From: an uncultured Nitrospiraceae bacterium
Lineage (GTDB): Bacteria; Nitrospirota; Nitrospiria; Nitrospirales; Nitrospiraceae
Direction: 5' to 3'
Assembly: GCA_963730935.1 (NCBI GenBank)
Contig: CAVSTP010000003.1
Location: 768,001 to 832,000 of the forward strand
Length of the DNA stretch: 64,000 nucleotides
Positions within the stretch are counted from its first letter, which is position 1; the number at the start of each line of letters is the position of its first letter. The position numbers and the translations under genes are program-made. Of this stretch, positions 7,329-16,770 are shown one piece after another. The notes below the pieces were generated by a model. It saw nothing but the letters and a program-made list of their open reading frames with translations. It was not told where the DNA came from and searched no databases.

Positions 7329-9782
7329 ATGGCGGGAGTCGTGACGCGAGTCATTGACCGCCTAATGCGAGCGCTGCTGGTCACTCTTTTATCGATGCCG
7401 CCGTTGGCGGCCGCGGCCGCTTCGCCTGGTCAGTCCGGTTCCGGATCCCCGCCGCTCGACGTAAAAGCTGAACGCATCGACTATCTTCAAGAACAGGAAA
7501 TCTACGAGGCGGACGGGTCCGTCGTGATCGATCAGGGGGCGGTGCACCTCACCGCCGACCACGTGACCATCCAGGCGCTGCCAGGCGTCATGATTGCCAC
7601 CGGGCACGTCCGGTTGACGGATCCCAAAGCCGACATTGTCGCTGAGCGGTTGGAGTTGAACGTCAATACCGAGGCGGGGGTCGTCACCCACGGGGAAGTG
7701 TACATCAAGGCGTCCAACACGACGGTCGACGGACGTCTGATTCAGCGGTTTTCGGAGGACCATTATCGCTTTAAGGAAGGCCGGTTTACCAACTGCGATG
7801 CGCCGGAAGGGGAAACGCCCGCCTGGCGCTTTCGGTTCAAAGATCTGGATCTCAACGTGGGCGACAGTCTCGCGTTCAAAGGGAGCTGGTTCTGCGTGGC
7901 TGATGTGCCGGTGATTCCGTTTCCCACGATGACCTATCCCCTGTCGCCTCGCCAAAGTGGATTCTTAATCCCCACCCCGGCCTACGACAACCGGTTCGGG
8001 TTCCATTACCAGCAAGGGTACTATTGGGCCATCAATCCAAGCCAGGATCTCACCATTTCGCCGTCGTATTACTCGAATTTGGGATACGGTAGCGATTTTG
8101 AATACCGCTACGCGCTAAACCGTGTTGCAAGAGGACAATGGTTTGTCAGTTATCTCCAGCAGACGACGCTGCCGAATGTCTCGGGAGTGACCGATACAGG
8201 CCAGAGTGCGAAGGAGGCGCGGGCGCTGATCACCGGCACCCATACCCAGCAAGTGACGCAGGATCTCCTGTTGCGGATCAACGCCAATCTCGTGAGCGAC
8301 CCCCAGTACCTGCAGCAACTCAGCAACTCGGGTGCGCAGCGTGCGCTTCCCAGTAACGAATCGAACCTTTTCGCCAACCAGCGCTTGCGCTATGGGAACG
8401 CGTATCTGCTCGGTCAATATCTGCAGCCGTTGCTGGCCGGCGGCGCAGACACTTTCCAGCGCCTTCCTGAGGTCGGCTACAGTCTACCGAACCTCGCGCT
8501 GTTCAATTCACCCTTGTTGTTCGGGGGAGACACCAACGCGGTGTATTTCTTCCGGGAGGAGGGATTCACGGAGAACCGCTTTGATGTCGTGCCCGGGCTC
8601 TCGACCGACGTCCTCGATGTGGGCCATGTGGTGGGGTTCACGCCTCAGGCCAAGTTTCGTGAGGTCTATTATTCGCGCGGCGCGCAGGAGACCAGCAGTC
8701 TGCACCGGGAAACGTTCTGGGCGGCCCTCGATGCGACCTCTAAAATGAGCCGTCGCTTCAACCGGGATGACGGCGATGCCATGATGCATACGATCGAGCC
8801 GAGTGTGATCTACGAATACGTTCCGGCGACGGATCAATCGCAAATAGCGCAGATCGATCAGGTTGACAACCTGCCGAAAAAGAATCTGTTGACCTATATG
8901 GTAAGGAGCCGGCTGCTGGAACAGGACGGGGACAAAAGCTTCAATTGGCTGGATTTCACGCTGGCCCAGAGTTACCACGTCGGCGCCGTGCAGACGGAGG
9001 CGAGGGATTTTGCGCCGGGAGCCGTGCCTCCGCTCGGCACCGTGACGCAGCCTTTGCAGCCGGCGACGGTTCCGATCGCCGGCAAGAAATTTTCCGACGT
9101 CTGGCTGCGTGCGGTCATCGGCAACAATGAGCCCCAACTCGCGGTGGCCCAGCTGGCCGGCCCGGTATTCGGGCGCGGCGCCGGCGCCGTCTCGCTCGCC
9201 AAGCCCCCCATCAACCGGTACGTGACGGTGGACGCCTTTTTCGATCCCTATAGCGCCGGTCTCAGTCAGTTCAATACCGACTTTCGGCTTCAGCAGTCCA
9301 ATGAGTGGTATGTGGAAGTCGGGCAGCGCTTCTCGAGGAATGGGAACCGGGTACAACGGGGAGACCTCTGGAACCCCATCTCGTTCAATCAGGTGTTCAA
9401 TCCCACTGAGGAAGTCCAGTTTGTGACGGCTGGCGGCGCGTTTCGGACACCCTTTGGATGGCTGGTCGGCGCGAAAGGGTATTACGACATCAATAATCGC
9501 CGGAGTCCGGAATACGACGTGGTCGCGCTGTATCAGAATCCGTGCAAATGCTGGTCGCTCGGGTTGTTTTATCTCCAATTTCCCGACCGGGCGCAGTACA
9601 ATTTTATGCTCAGTTTGACGGGAATTGGCTGGACCGAGAATTATGGCACGAATGTCGTGAAACAGATCCTCAGTCCTCTCACGTGGGGCGAGAAAGGATT
9701 GCCATGGGCTTCGCCGGGTGGACACTATGGTCACTTGGAAACCGCTCAACCGCAGCCGGGTGTCGGCGGAGCTCCGCGATGA
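7329..9782 (+). CDS. lptD: LPS-assembly outer-membrane protein LptD
   Basis: N-terminal beta-jellyroll, FTNCD, RQSGFLIP, YYWAINPSQDLT, QRLPE, C-terminal CKCW. Follows folC. Start uncertain (7302/7329/7365). Confidence 0.88.
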   Translation: MAGVVTRVIDRLMRALLVTLLSMPPLAAAAASPGQSGSGSPPLDVKAERIDYLQEQEIYEADGSVVIDQGAVHLTADHVTIQALPGVMIATGHVRLTDPKADIVAERLELNVNTEAGVVTHGEVYIKASNTTVDGRLIQRFSEDHYRFKEGRFTNCDAPEGETPAWRFRFKDLDLNVGDSLAFKGSWFCVADVPVIPFPTMTYPLSPRQSGFLIPTPAYDNRFGFHYQQGYYWAINPSQDLTISPSYYSNLGYGSDFEYRYALNRVARGQWFVSYLQQTTLPNVSGVTDTGQSAKEARALITGTHTQQVTQDLLLRINANLVSDPQYLQQLSNSGAQRALPSNESNLFANQRLRYGNAYLLGQYLQPLLAGGADTFQRLPEVGYSLPNLALFNSPLLFGGDTNAVYFFREEGFTENRFDVVPGLSTDVLDVGHVVGFTPQAKFREVYYSRGAQETSSLHRETFWAALDATSKMSRRFNRDDGDAMMHTIEPSVIYEYVPATDQSQIAQIDQVDNLPKKNLLTYMVRSRLLEQDGDKSFNWLDFTLAQSYHVGAVQTEARDFAPGAVPPLGTVTQPLQPATVPIAGKKFSDVWLRAVIGNNEPQLAVAQLAGPVFGRGAGAVSLAKPPINRYVTVDAFFDPYSAGLSQFNTDFRLQQSNEWYVEVGQRFSRNGNRVQRGDLWNPISFNQVFNPTEEVQFVTAGGAFRTPFGWLVGAKGYYDINNRRSPEYDVVALYQNPCKCWSLGLFYLQFPDRAQYNFMLSLTGIGWTENYGTNVVKQILSPLTWGEKGLPWASPGGHYGHLETAQPQPGVGGAPR

Positions 9783-10321
9783 ACCGAGTTGTCGGCCTCA
9801 ATCCCGGCTGGTCTGCCGGCTGCGTAGTCGCCGCCGCCCTGTGGGTGACGGGTTGCAGCACGTCGGCGATGACCGCTGCTTCCACGCCGCCCACCCACTT
9901 ACAGCGTGCAAAAGTCTTTCTCGCAGCCGGAGATTATCGGCGGGCCGTCGAAGCCTGTCGGCAAGAGGTTCAGGAACATCCCTCCGCACGGAGCTATTTG
10001 TACCTGACCTACGTCTATCAAGCGCTCGATGCGCATGTGGAATCGCTGGCGAAAGCGGATCAATGGGTGGCGATGGAGCATCTCTATCTGAATTTGAGCT
10101 CGGGCGGGCCGGAAGAGCTCCTGGATCCTCCCAACGTCCTGGCTCGTATGGCGAAGGAGATGATTCAAGCGTCGGCACGACAACAGGCAGACGTTACGTC
10201 CGAACTCGCTACGAGACTCGATCCGTCCGTCGTCGCGGTTGTCTGGCCTCAGCAAACGGCTTGGCGGAAAGCCAAACAAGAGGGTTGGTGGTTCACGGTT
10301 CCCCCTGAATGGGCGTGGTAG
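9779..10321 (+). CDS. Putative lipoprotein with a TPR-like segment
   Basis: Lipobox-like LWVTGC; TPR-like AKVFLAAGDYRRAVEAC; ATGA overlap with lptD. Confidence 0.7.
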   Translation: MNRVVGLNPGWSAGCVVAAALWVTGCSTSAMTAASTPPTHLQRAKVFLAAGDYRRAVEACRQEVQEHPSARSYLYLTYVYQALDAHVESLAKADQWVAMEHLYLNLSSGGPEELLDPPNVLARMAKEMIQASARQQADVTSELATRLDPSVVAVVWPQQTAWRKAKQEGWWFTVPPEWAW

Positions 10322-10419
10322 ACCGGTGTGGCATGCCGGTTTGACTCCTCGAAGAAGGCTGGGGTACGATGATTTCCCATTCATTCCTGCGATTCAATTG
10401 ATTTTCAAGGAGGATAGAC

Positions 10420-10767
10420 GTGGCAGGTAATGCGTTGAAGGTCGAGGATGCGAGCTGGGATTCCGAAGTCATGAAGGCCCCGGAGCTGGTGATGGTGGAT
10501 TTCTGGGCGGTCTGGTGCGGACCTTGCCAGATGGTCGCTCCGATCGTGGACGAATTGGCTAACGAGTATGCAGGAAAGGTCAAGGTTCGTAAGCTGAACA
10601 CCGATGAAAATCCCGAAGTGGCTGGACGCTACCAGGTCATGAGCATTCCGACGATTCTCTTCTTCAAAAACGGCCAGGTCGTGGAAAAACTCGTGGGCGC
10701 CAGGCCGAAGCGGCAGTTCAAGGAAATGATTGATCAGCTCTTGGCGCAACACGCCGGCTCCGCCTAA
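10420..10767 (+). CDS. trxA: Thioredoxin
   Basis: VDFWAVWCGPC, SIPT; RBS AGGAGG. Confidence 0.97.
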   Translation: MAGNALKVEDASWDSEVMKAPELVMVDFWAVWCGPCQMVAPIVDELANEYAGKVKVRKLNTDENPEVAGRYQVMSIPTILFFKNGQVVEKLVGARPKRQFKEMIDQLLAQHAGSA

Positions 10768-10768
10768 C

Positions 10769-10840
10769 AGGTTGGTGAATAAGGCCTCTGTCTCACCCGC
10801 CCAACCCCGGCGCGCCAAGACGACGCGCCTTGCCCCGCGC
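10769..10840 (+). repeat. Dispersed GC-rich repeat copy
   Basis: TCTCACCCGCCCAACCCCGGCGCGCCAAGACGACGCGCCTTGCCC just after the trxA stop. Confidence 0.8.
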
Positions 10841-10908
10841 TTCGTTCTCGCGTCGCGGGTGCAAAGGGTGAGCACCGCGATTACTCGAGAGGTTCCTCAC
10901 TCGTAACG

Positions 10909-12594
10909 ATGCTTGCCGAGCTGCGCATTGTCAATTTTGCTCTCATAGAACAGCTCCACATTCAGTTCCAGTCGGGATTTACGGTGCTCACCGGCGAAAC
11001 CGGCGCCGGCAAATCGCTGCTCATCGACGCCATCGCCTTACTCGTGGGCGGAAGGGGCTCGGTTGAGCAGATCCGATCCGGTGAAGAAGAGGCGCAGCTC
11101 GAAGCCTCATTTCACCTTCCTGCAACGCATCCGCTGCTCGGGCAACTGCAGGCGATGGACCTGCTGGGCCCTCACGACCGTGACCTCGTACTCAAGCGGA
11201 TTCTCTCCAGATCAGGACGGCATCGGGTTTATGTGAACGGGGGGCTCAGTTCCCTTCGCGTGCTCGAAGAGTTGGGGGGTACCCTCGTGGACGTACACGG
11301 CCAGCACGAGCAGCAGTCGTTGTTGGCGCCTGTCAAGCAACTCGATGCGGTGGACGCGTTCGGATCTGCTCAGTCCATGCGGGATCTGTACGAGGCGGCC
11401 TACCGAGACTGGAAAAATTTGGAAGGGCAGCTTGACGGCCTGCGCCGGCTGGGCGCCGATCGCGCTCGGCTCGAAGAGCTGTTGCGTTTTCAAGTGCAGG
11501 AGATCGAGCAGGCGGCGTTATCGACTGCTGAAGAAGATCGGTTGCAAGCGGAACGACAGCGGTTGGGGCACGCCCATCGACTCCGAGAATTGGCGGAGAC
11601 CTCTTATGCCGAGTTGCAGGGTGACGACCAGGGGATTTTGATGCAACTCGCCCGGGTCGGGCGCCTGCTGGGAGAATTGGCACAGACCGATCCGGGGATG
11701 AGAGATTGTGAACCTCAGGTCCGCGATGCAGCGATTCAACTCAAGGATCTCTGCGGCCGTCTTCGGGATTATGCGGCCGATCTGGAGGCTGATCCGGCGA
11801 GACAGGGGCTGGTCGAGGACCGGCTCGAGTTGATTCAACGGCTCAAGGCCAAATACGGAGGATCGATCGAGGCGGTTTTGGCCACAGGCCTGCGCGCCCG
11901 ACAGGACCTGCAGGCCATGGAAGATCATGAGAGTCGGATCGCCGATCTCACCAAGCGGCTCGAAGTCTCGGAACGTTCCGTGTTGGAGAGGGCCGATCAG
12001 TTGACAAAAAAGCGCCGGGAGGCTGCAAAGCGGTTGACGGCTCTTGTCATGAAGGAATTGGCTGCGCTCAAAATGGAACACACCGCGTTCGATATTGCCG
12101 TCTCGACAGAAGAAACGGTGGCTCGGTTCGGACCGACGGGGCGTGACCATGTCGAATTTCTGCTGTCCAGCAACGTCGGAGAGCCGCCGCGCCCCCTGAA
12201 CCGCATCGCGTCCGGTGGAGAACTTTCGCGCATCATGCTTGCGCTGAAGACCGTCTTGGCAGAGAGAGATCATGTGCCAGTGCTCGTGTTCGACGAGGTG
12301 GACACGGGTGTCGGCGGCGCAGTGGCCGCAGCCATGGGGACCAGGTTGCGGAAGCTGGGGGCCTACCACCAGGTCTTCTGCATCACCCATCTGCCTCAGG
12401 TAGCTTCCCAAGCCGAACACCATCTGTTGGTGGCCAAGGGCCAGGATGGCAAGAGGACCACCACGTCGGTGAAACCCCTGGCCGGTCTTGGCCGCGAGGA
12501 GGAGATCGCACGCATGATTGGTGGGGAAACGGTCACCAGTAAGGTGCGGGCTACCGCGGCGGAGTTGATTGCGGGCGCGAAGACAAAACGCTGA
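10909..12594 (+). CDS. recN: DNA repair protein RecN
   Basis: LTGETGAGKS, HGQHEQ, coiled coil, ASGGELSRIMLALK, FDEVDTG, CITHLPQVA. Confidence 0.97.
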   Translation: MLAELRIVNFALIEQLHIQFQSGFTVLTGETGAGKSLLIDAIALLVGGRGSVEQIRSGEEEAQLEASFHLPATHPLLGQLQAMDLLGPHDRDLVLKRILSRSGRHRVYVNGGLSSLRVLEELGGTLVDVHGQHEQQSLLAPVKQLDAVDAFGSAQSMRDLYEAAYRDWKNLEGQLDGLRRLGADRARLEELLRFQVQEIEQAALSTAEEDRLQAERQRLGHAHRLRELAETSYAELQGDDQGILMQLARVGRLLGELAQTDPGMRDCEPQVRDAAIQLKDLCGRLRDYAADLEADPARQGLVEDRLELIQRLKAKYGGSIEAVLATGLRARQDLQAMEDHESRIADLTKRLEVSERSVLERADQLTKKRREAAKRLTALVMKELAALKMEHTAFDIAVSTEETVARFGPTGRDHVEFLLSSNVGEPPRPLNRIASGGELSRIMLALKTVLAERDHVPVLVFDEVDTGVGGAVAAAMGTRLRKLGAYHQVFCITHLPQVASQAEHHLLVAKGQDGKRTTTSVKPLAGLGREEEIARMIGGETVTSKVRATAAELIAGAKTKR

Positions 12595-12599
12595 ATGGC

Positions 12600-13751
12600 T
12601 CAGGCGTCTGAGCGGCTGGAGGGATTGGTCGCAATGGCCATCGCGGGCAACGACGCCTTGCATTCCTGCACGACCTGGGTGAACAAGACGGTGAGCGCGG
12701 GGTCGAAATAGGTCCCCGCCCGTTCGGTAAGAAACCTGCTGGCGTCGTCGATCGAGAGCGCGGTGCGGTCCGGGAGTTCGGCGGTGAGGTGGTCGAACGC
12801 TTGGGCCAGGCTGACGATTCTCGCCAGGATCGGAATGCCTTCCCCTTTCAGCCCGTGCGGATACCCTGAGCCGTCCCACCTTTCGTGGTGATAGGCAATG
12901 ATCTGCCCGGCGGCTGCGGGCAGGCCGAGGGGGCCCACCATCTTTGCACCGATTTCCGGGTGCGCACGCAGCTCGTTCTCGCGGTCTCTCGCCACGATTT
13001 CATCGTCGGCAAAGCGGTACGGCTCTTTGCCGATCTTGCCGATGTCATGGAGAAACGCGCCAAGCGCCAGTGATTTCTGCTCGTCCACGGTGAGATTGGT
13101 CCGGTTGGCAAGCAAGGTGGCGTAAAAACTCACGCGGCTGCAATGGTTTAAGAGCTGACGGTCTTTGGCTTCAAGGAGATCGGAGAGCATGGGCAGCAGA
13201 TCCGCAGTATCGTCTCCCCATGGCAGGGTCGGGCTGCCTGATCGACCGATGGCCTCGTACCCGGCCCGTAGCTCCTGCCAGGCCTGTGCACATTGGGCTT
13301 CAGACCCCCACAGAGCATTGGACGCCTGAAGATAGCGGCGAAGATAGTCGAGCCGCTGTTTCTTTTCCAGCGTCTGATTGACCAGGGTAATGAGTTCCGT
13401 GACGTTGAAGGGTTTGAGCAGATACCCTGCGGCCCCATGCCTGATACCTTCCATCGCAGATCTGAGACTGCCGTATCCGGTAATGATGATGACTTCGATA
13501 TCGGCATGATCTTGTTTGATTTCCTGCAGTAGATCGAGGCCTTGCCGATCGGGAAGCTTCTGGTCCAGCGTAATAAGGTCGATCTGCTGCTGATTCAGCA
13601 CATCGATGGCGGCTTGGGCCGATTCGGCGGATTGAATGTTGAAGAAAGGACGGAGGATGACTTTCAACGCATCGCGTGGTCCTGCCTCATCATCGATGAC
13701 CAAGACGGTGGGCTTCTGCGTGGCCCTGTGCGGCTCGAAGGACGTTGCCAT
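12600..13751 (-). CDS. Response regulator with HD-GYP cyclic-dinucleotide phosphodiesterase domain
   Basis: REC (IDDE, LD, TGY, KPF) plus LHDIGK and HHERWDGSGYPHGLKGEGIP. Confidence 0.9.
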   Translation of the reverse strand: MATSFEPHRATQKPTVLVIDDEAGPRDALKVILRPFFNIQSAESAQAAIDVLNQQQIDLITLDQKLPDRQGLDLLQEIKQDHADIEVIIITGYGSLRSAMEGIRHGAAGYLLKPFNVTELITLVNQTLEKKQRLDYLRRYLQASNALWGSEAQCAQAWQELRAGYEAIGRSGSPTLPWGDDTADLLPMLSDLLEAKDRQLLNHCSRVSFYATLLANRTNLTVDEQKSLALGAFLHDIGKIGKEPYRFADDEIVARDRENELRAHPEIGAKMVGPLGLPAAAGQIIAYHHERWDGSGYPHGLKGEGIPILARIVSLAQAFDHLTAELPDRTALSIDDASRFLTERAGTYFDPALTVLFTQVVQECKASLPAMAIATNPSSRSDA

Positions 13752-13787
13752 ATGTTGTTCATGTACCCCGATGTACCTATTCTGTCA

Positions 13788-13803
13788 AGCAAAACGTATT
13801 CCT
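13788..13803 (-). promoter_or_regulatory. Candidate sigma-54 (-24/-12) promoter for the HD-GYP gene
   Basis: AGGAATACGTTTTGCT has GG-N10-GC with a TTGC -12 box, about 37 nt upstream of the ATG. Confidence 0.5.
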
Positions 13804-13956
13804 TTTCAGCTATTTATGCGTGGAAATTCTAGTGGATGTGGTGATGTGGCGCGATGGCCCTATATGTAGTTTCCACGTATGTGGCTCTACGTAGATTGGA
13901 ATTACGAAAACGCATGAAATGCTGCAGAATTCACGCAGTTCGAAACGCGGAGTGTG

Positions 13957-15405
13957 TTATTCCTGCCCGACAGGTTCAGGTTCAGGAGGGGTTGTGTCAT
14001 TGTCCGGACGGCCGATACCCAGTGTATCCATCCGGTACTTGAGCATGCGCCTGCTGATCCCGAGCTGGGTCGCGGCGTGGGTTTGCACATAGTTGTTCTT
14101 TTTCAATGCGTCAAGAATGATCTCCCGCTCGAATTCCATCACGGCCTTTTCGAGCGAGAGGCGGCCGGCTAGGGTGTCGTCTCGTAAAGAGGAGGACCGG
14201 GTGTCGTTGCGAAGGATGGTCGGAAGATGTTCGGGGGTGACGGCCTCTGAGCCCTTGGACCAGATGAACGCCTGTTCGATGATGTTTTCCATCTCTCGCA
14301 CGTTACCCGGCCACGGGTACCGGGTCAGGAGCTCAATCGCCTCCTTGGAGAACTCCTGGTTGGGCCGGCTCTCCTCCTCGATCCGCTTGGACAGGAAATG
14401 TTTCGCCAACAACGGAATATCTTCTCCTCGATCGCGAAGCGGGGGCAAGTACAACGCGATGACATTGATTCGGTAGTAGAGGTCCTCGCGGAACTGCCCT
14501 TTCCGGACCAGATCCTCGAGGTTCTTGTTCGTCGCGGCGACGATGCGAACGTCGACTTTGATGGCCTGTACGCCGCCGATGCGCGTGAATTCGCGTTCTT
14601 GCAGAACCCGCAGCAGCTTGGCCTGCGTCATGGGACTGAGGTCCCCGATTTCGTCGAGGAACAAGGTGCCGCTGTTGGCGAGCTCGAATTGACCCACGCG
14701 GCGAGCCGTCGCATCGGTGAACGAGCCCTTTTCGTGGCCGAACAGCTCGCTTTCGATCAACGTCTCGGGGAGGGCGGCGCAGTTCAACGCTATGAACGGG
14801 CGGTCCCGCCGTCCGCTGTTGTAATGCAGGGCCTTGGCGACCAGTTCCTTGCCGGTGCCGCTCTCACCGGTGATCAGCACCGTTGTCCTGCTATCGGCAA
14901 CCTGTTCGATCTTGCCGTAAATCTCCTGCATTGGCCGACTTTTGCCGATGAGGTTGTGGAACGCATATCGCTGAGTCACCTGCGCGCGCAGCTGTTTGAC
15001 TTCGCGCTCGAGCTCCTGAGAGTTGAGCGCGCGGTCCACGACGATCCGCAGTTCTTCGACGTCGAACGGCTTCGAGAGATAGTCTGCGGCTCCCAGCTTC
15101 ATGGCGTCGACCGCCGTTTTCACGGACTTGGTGCCGGTCAGCATGATGACGGGGGTCGGATTCTGCTCCGTCCGTAGCGCCTGGAGAACGGACAACCCGT
15201 CGGTTCCGGGAAGAATGACGTCGAGCAGCACGACATGCGGCGCTTCTTTGTGGAACAGATCGAGGCCTTCCTGCGCGTCGGCGGCCTGAATCACCTCATA
15301 CACCGGCTCGAGGACGGCCTTGAGCGACGCCCGGACACGGGCTTCGTCATCGACTAAGAGCACGCGCTTCTTCACACTCGACTCACTGCCGTTTTTTGAT
15401 GTCAT
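13957..15405 (-). CDS. Sigma-54-dependent response regulator (NtrC/AtoC family)
   Basis: REC; GESGTGKE; ESELFGHEKGSFTDA; FREDLYYR; WPGNVRE; Fis-type HTH. Confidence 0.95.
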   Translation of the reverse strand: MTSKNGSESSVKKRVLLVDDEARVRASLKAVLEPVYEVIQAADAQEGLDLFHKEAPHVVLLDVILPGTDGLSVLQALRTEQNPTPVIMLTGTKSVKTAVDAMKLGAADYLSKPFDVEELRIVVDRALNSQELEREVKQLRAQVTQRYAFHNLIGKSRPMQEIYGKIEQVADSRTTVLITGESGTGKELVAKALHYNSGRRDRPFIALNCAALPETLIESELFGHEKGSFTDATARRVGQFELANSGTLFLDEIGDLSPMTQAKLLRVLQEREFTRIGGVQAIKVDVRIVAATNKNLEDLVRKGQFREDLYYRINVIALYLPPLRDRGEDIPLLAKHFLSKRIEEESRPNQEFSKEAIELLTRYPWPGNVREMENIIEQAFIWSKGSEAVTPEHLPTILRNDTRSSSLRDDTLAGRLSLEKAVMEFEREIILDALKKNNYVQTHAATQLGISRRMLKYRMDTLGIGRPDNDTTPPEPEPVGQE

Positions 15406-16661
15406 GATGGGATCGCTGGGAGGTTGACGAGAAATGTCGTGCCGGCGCCGGCAACGCTTTTGACCTGTATGTCGCCATGGTGCTCTTCGATGATCTGGTG
15501 CACGATCGTCAAGCCGAGGCCGGTGCCTTCGTGTTCGCCGCTCTCGTGCTTGGTCGTGAAGAACGGATCAAAAATATGTTCGAGATTCGCCTCGGAAATC
15601 CCCTGTCCTGTGTCCTCGGTTTCTATTTGCACCCAGGGCCTGCCGCCAGGCTTGGCCAGCAACCTCGTCCGAACCCGCAGCACCCCGCCCTTTTCGCTCA
15701 TCGCATCCAAGGCGTTGAGAAACAGGTTAAGAAACACCTGCTTGATTTGCTGACGGTCCAGCATGACACGAGGGAGGTCGGGTGCCAATTCTTTTTCGAT
15801 CTTGATCCCGCGGCTGTCCGCCTTGACCTCGATGAAATATAAGCAGGAAGACACGATGTCGTTGACATCCTCCTCCGTTAGCTTCGGCTCCATGTAACGG
15901 GCGTAGTCGAGGATTTCCTCGATGAGGCGTTCGATCCGATACACGTCATCGAGCACGATGCGGCTGAATTCACGGATGAAATCGGCATCGTCTTTCCGTT
16001 CAGGGGCCAGCTGGATGAAGGTCTTGATGGAGGTCAGCGGATTGCGGATTTCGTGCGCAAATCCTCCAGCGATCGTTTCCAGCGACCTCAAGCGGTCTGT
16101 TCGCTTCATCAGGGCGTGCGAGCGGTGCAGGTCTTCCAACAGCATGCTGGTGTCGAGCGCATTGGTGGCGGTTTGAGCGAGCGCGTTGAGCAACGACACG
16201 ATAGACGTCGTGTCGTGCTCCTGGGTCCGGTTTCCTCCGAGGAGCGAAAACGCGATGAGCCGGCCGCGGCTGACATGCGGCAGGTTCCGCTCAGCTCGCA
16301 TAGCTGCGAGCGCATCAGCCAACGCCGTGCGGCACCCGTTGTGCGGCTCGGGGACCGTTTGGAGAGAAGACGACAGATGTTGCGGGATGGTGTGGGTCAG
16401 TGGGAGCGTACCGGGAAAACAGGACTCGGCGGCCAGGCCGACCAGGCCCGCACGACGAAAATGTTCATGCTCACGATCCAGGAGATACAGGGCGCCGTGA
16501 GTGGTGCCGCCCACACGGCAGAGTTCCTGAATAATGCGTTCGGACAGGGCGCCGAGATCGGTCATCGCGCCGATTTCGGTGGAGAAACGAGTCACCAAAT
16601 CCAGGAGATGTATGGGTGAAGCCGTCGACGCTGAGGCCATCTCGGTCGGTCGTACGCTCAT
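15402..16661 (-). CDS. Cytoplasmic sensor histidine kinase with GAF-like domain
   Basis: AHEIRNPL H-box, NLFLNALDA, DTGQGI, DPFFTTK, GTGLGL; no TM segment seen. Confidence 0.93.
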   Translation of the reverse strand: MSVRPTEMASASTASPIHLLDLVTRFSTEIGAMTDLGALSERIIQELCRVGGTTHGALYLLDREHEHFRRAGLVGLAAESCFPGTLPLTHTIPQHLSSSLQTVPEPHNGCRTALADALAAMRAERNLPHVSRGRLIAFSLLGGNRTQEHDTTSIVSLLNALAQTATNALDTSMLLEDLHRSHALMKRTDRLRSLETIAGGFAHEIRNPLTSIKTFIQLAPERKDDADFIREFSRIVLDDVYRIERLIEEILDYARYMEPKLTEEDVNDIVSSCLYFIEVKADSRGIKIEKELAPDLPRVMLDRQQIKQVFLNLFLNALDAMSEKGGVLRVRTRLLAKPGGRPWVQIETEDTGQGISEANLEHIFDPFFTTKHESGEHEGTGLGLTIVHQIIEEHHGDIQVKSVAGAGTTFLVNLPAIPS

Positions 16662-16723
16662 AGAGAGAAGGACGCGCCCCTATGCATGAGTCATCGCCGA
16701 CAGGAACGGGTTAGGTCATCATG

Positions 16724-16739
16724 TGCACATGAATGTGCA
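16724..16739. promoter_or_regulatory. Palindromic operator candidate
   Basis: TGCACAT-GA-ATGTGCA, a perfect 7-bp inverted repeat upstream of the kinase gene. Confidence 0.4.
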
Positions 16740-16770
16740 AACTTGTACAGAGAGGGGAGTATACACCGGC

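Noticed and set aside
5867..12879. Long antisense ORFs (5867-7384, 8508-9749, 11518-12879; likewise 4850-5860, 36668-37999, 51539-52432)
   Set aside because: They shadow well-identified genes on the opposite strand, have no recognisable motifs, and are expected in high-GC DNA.
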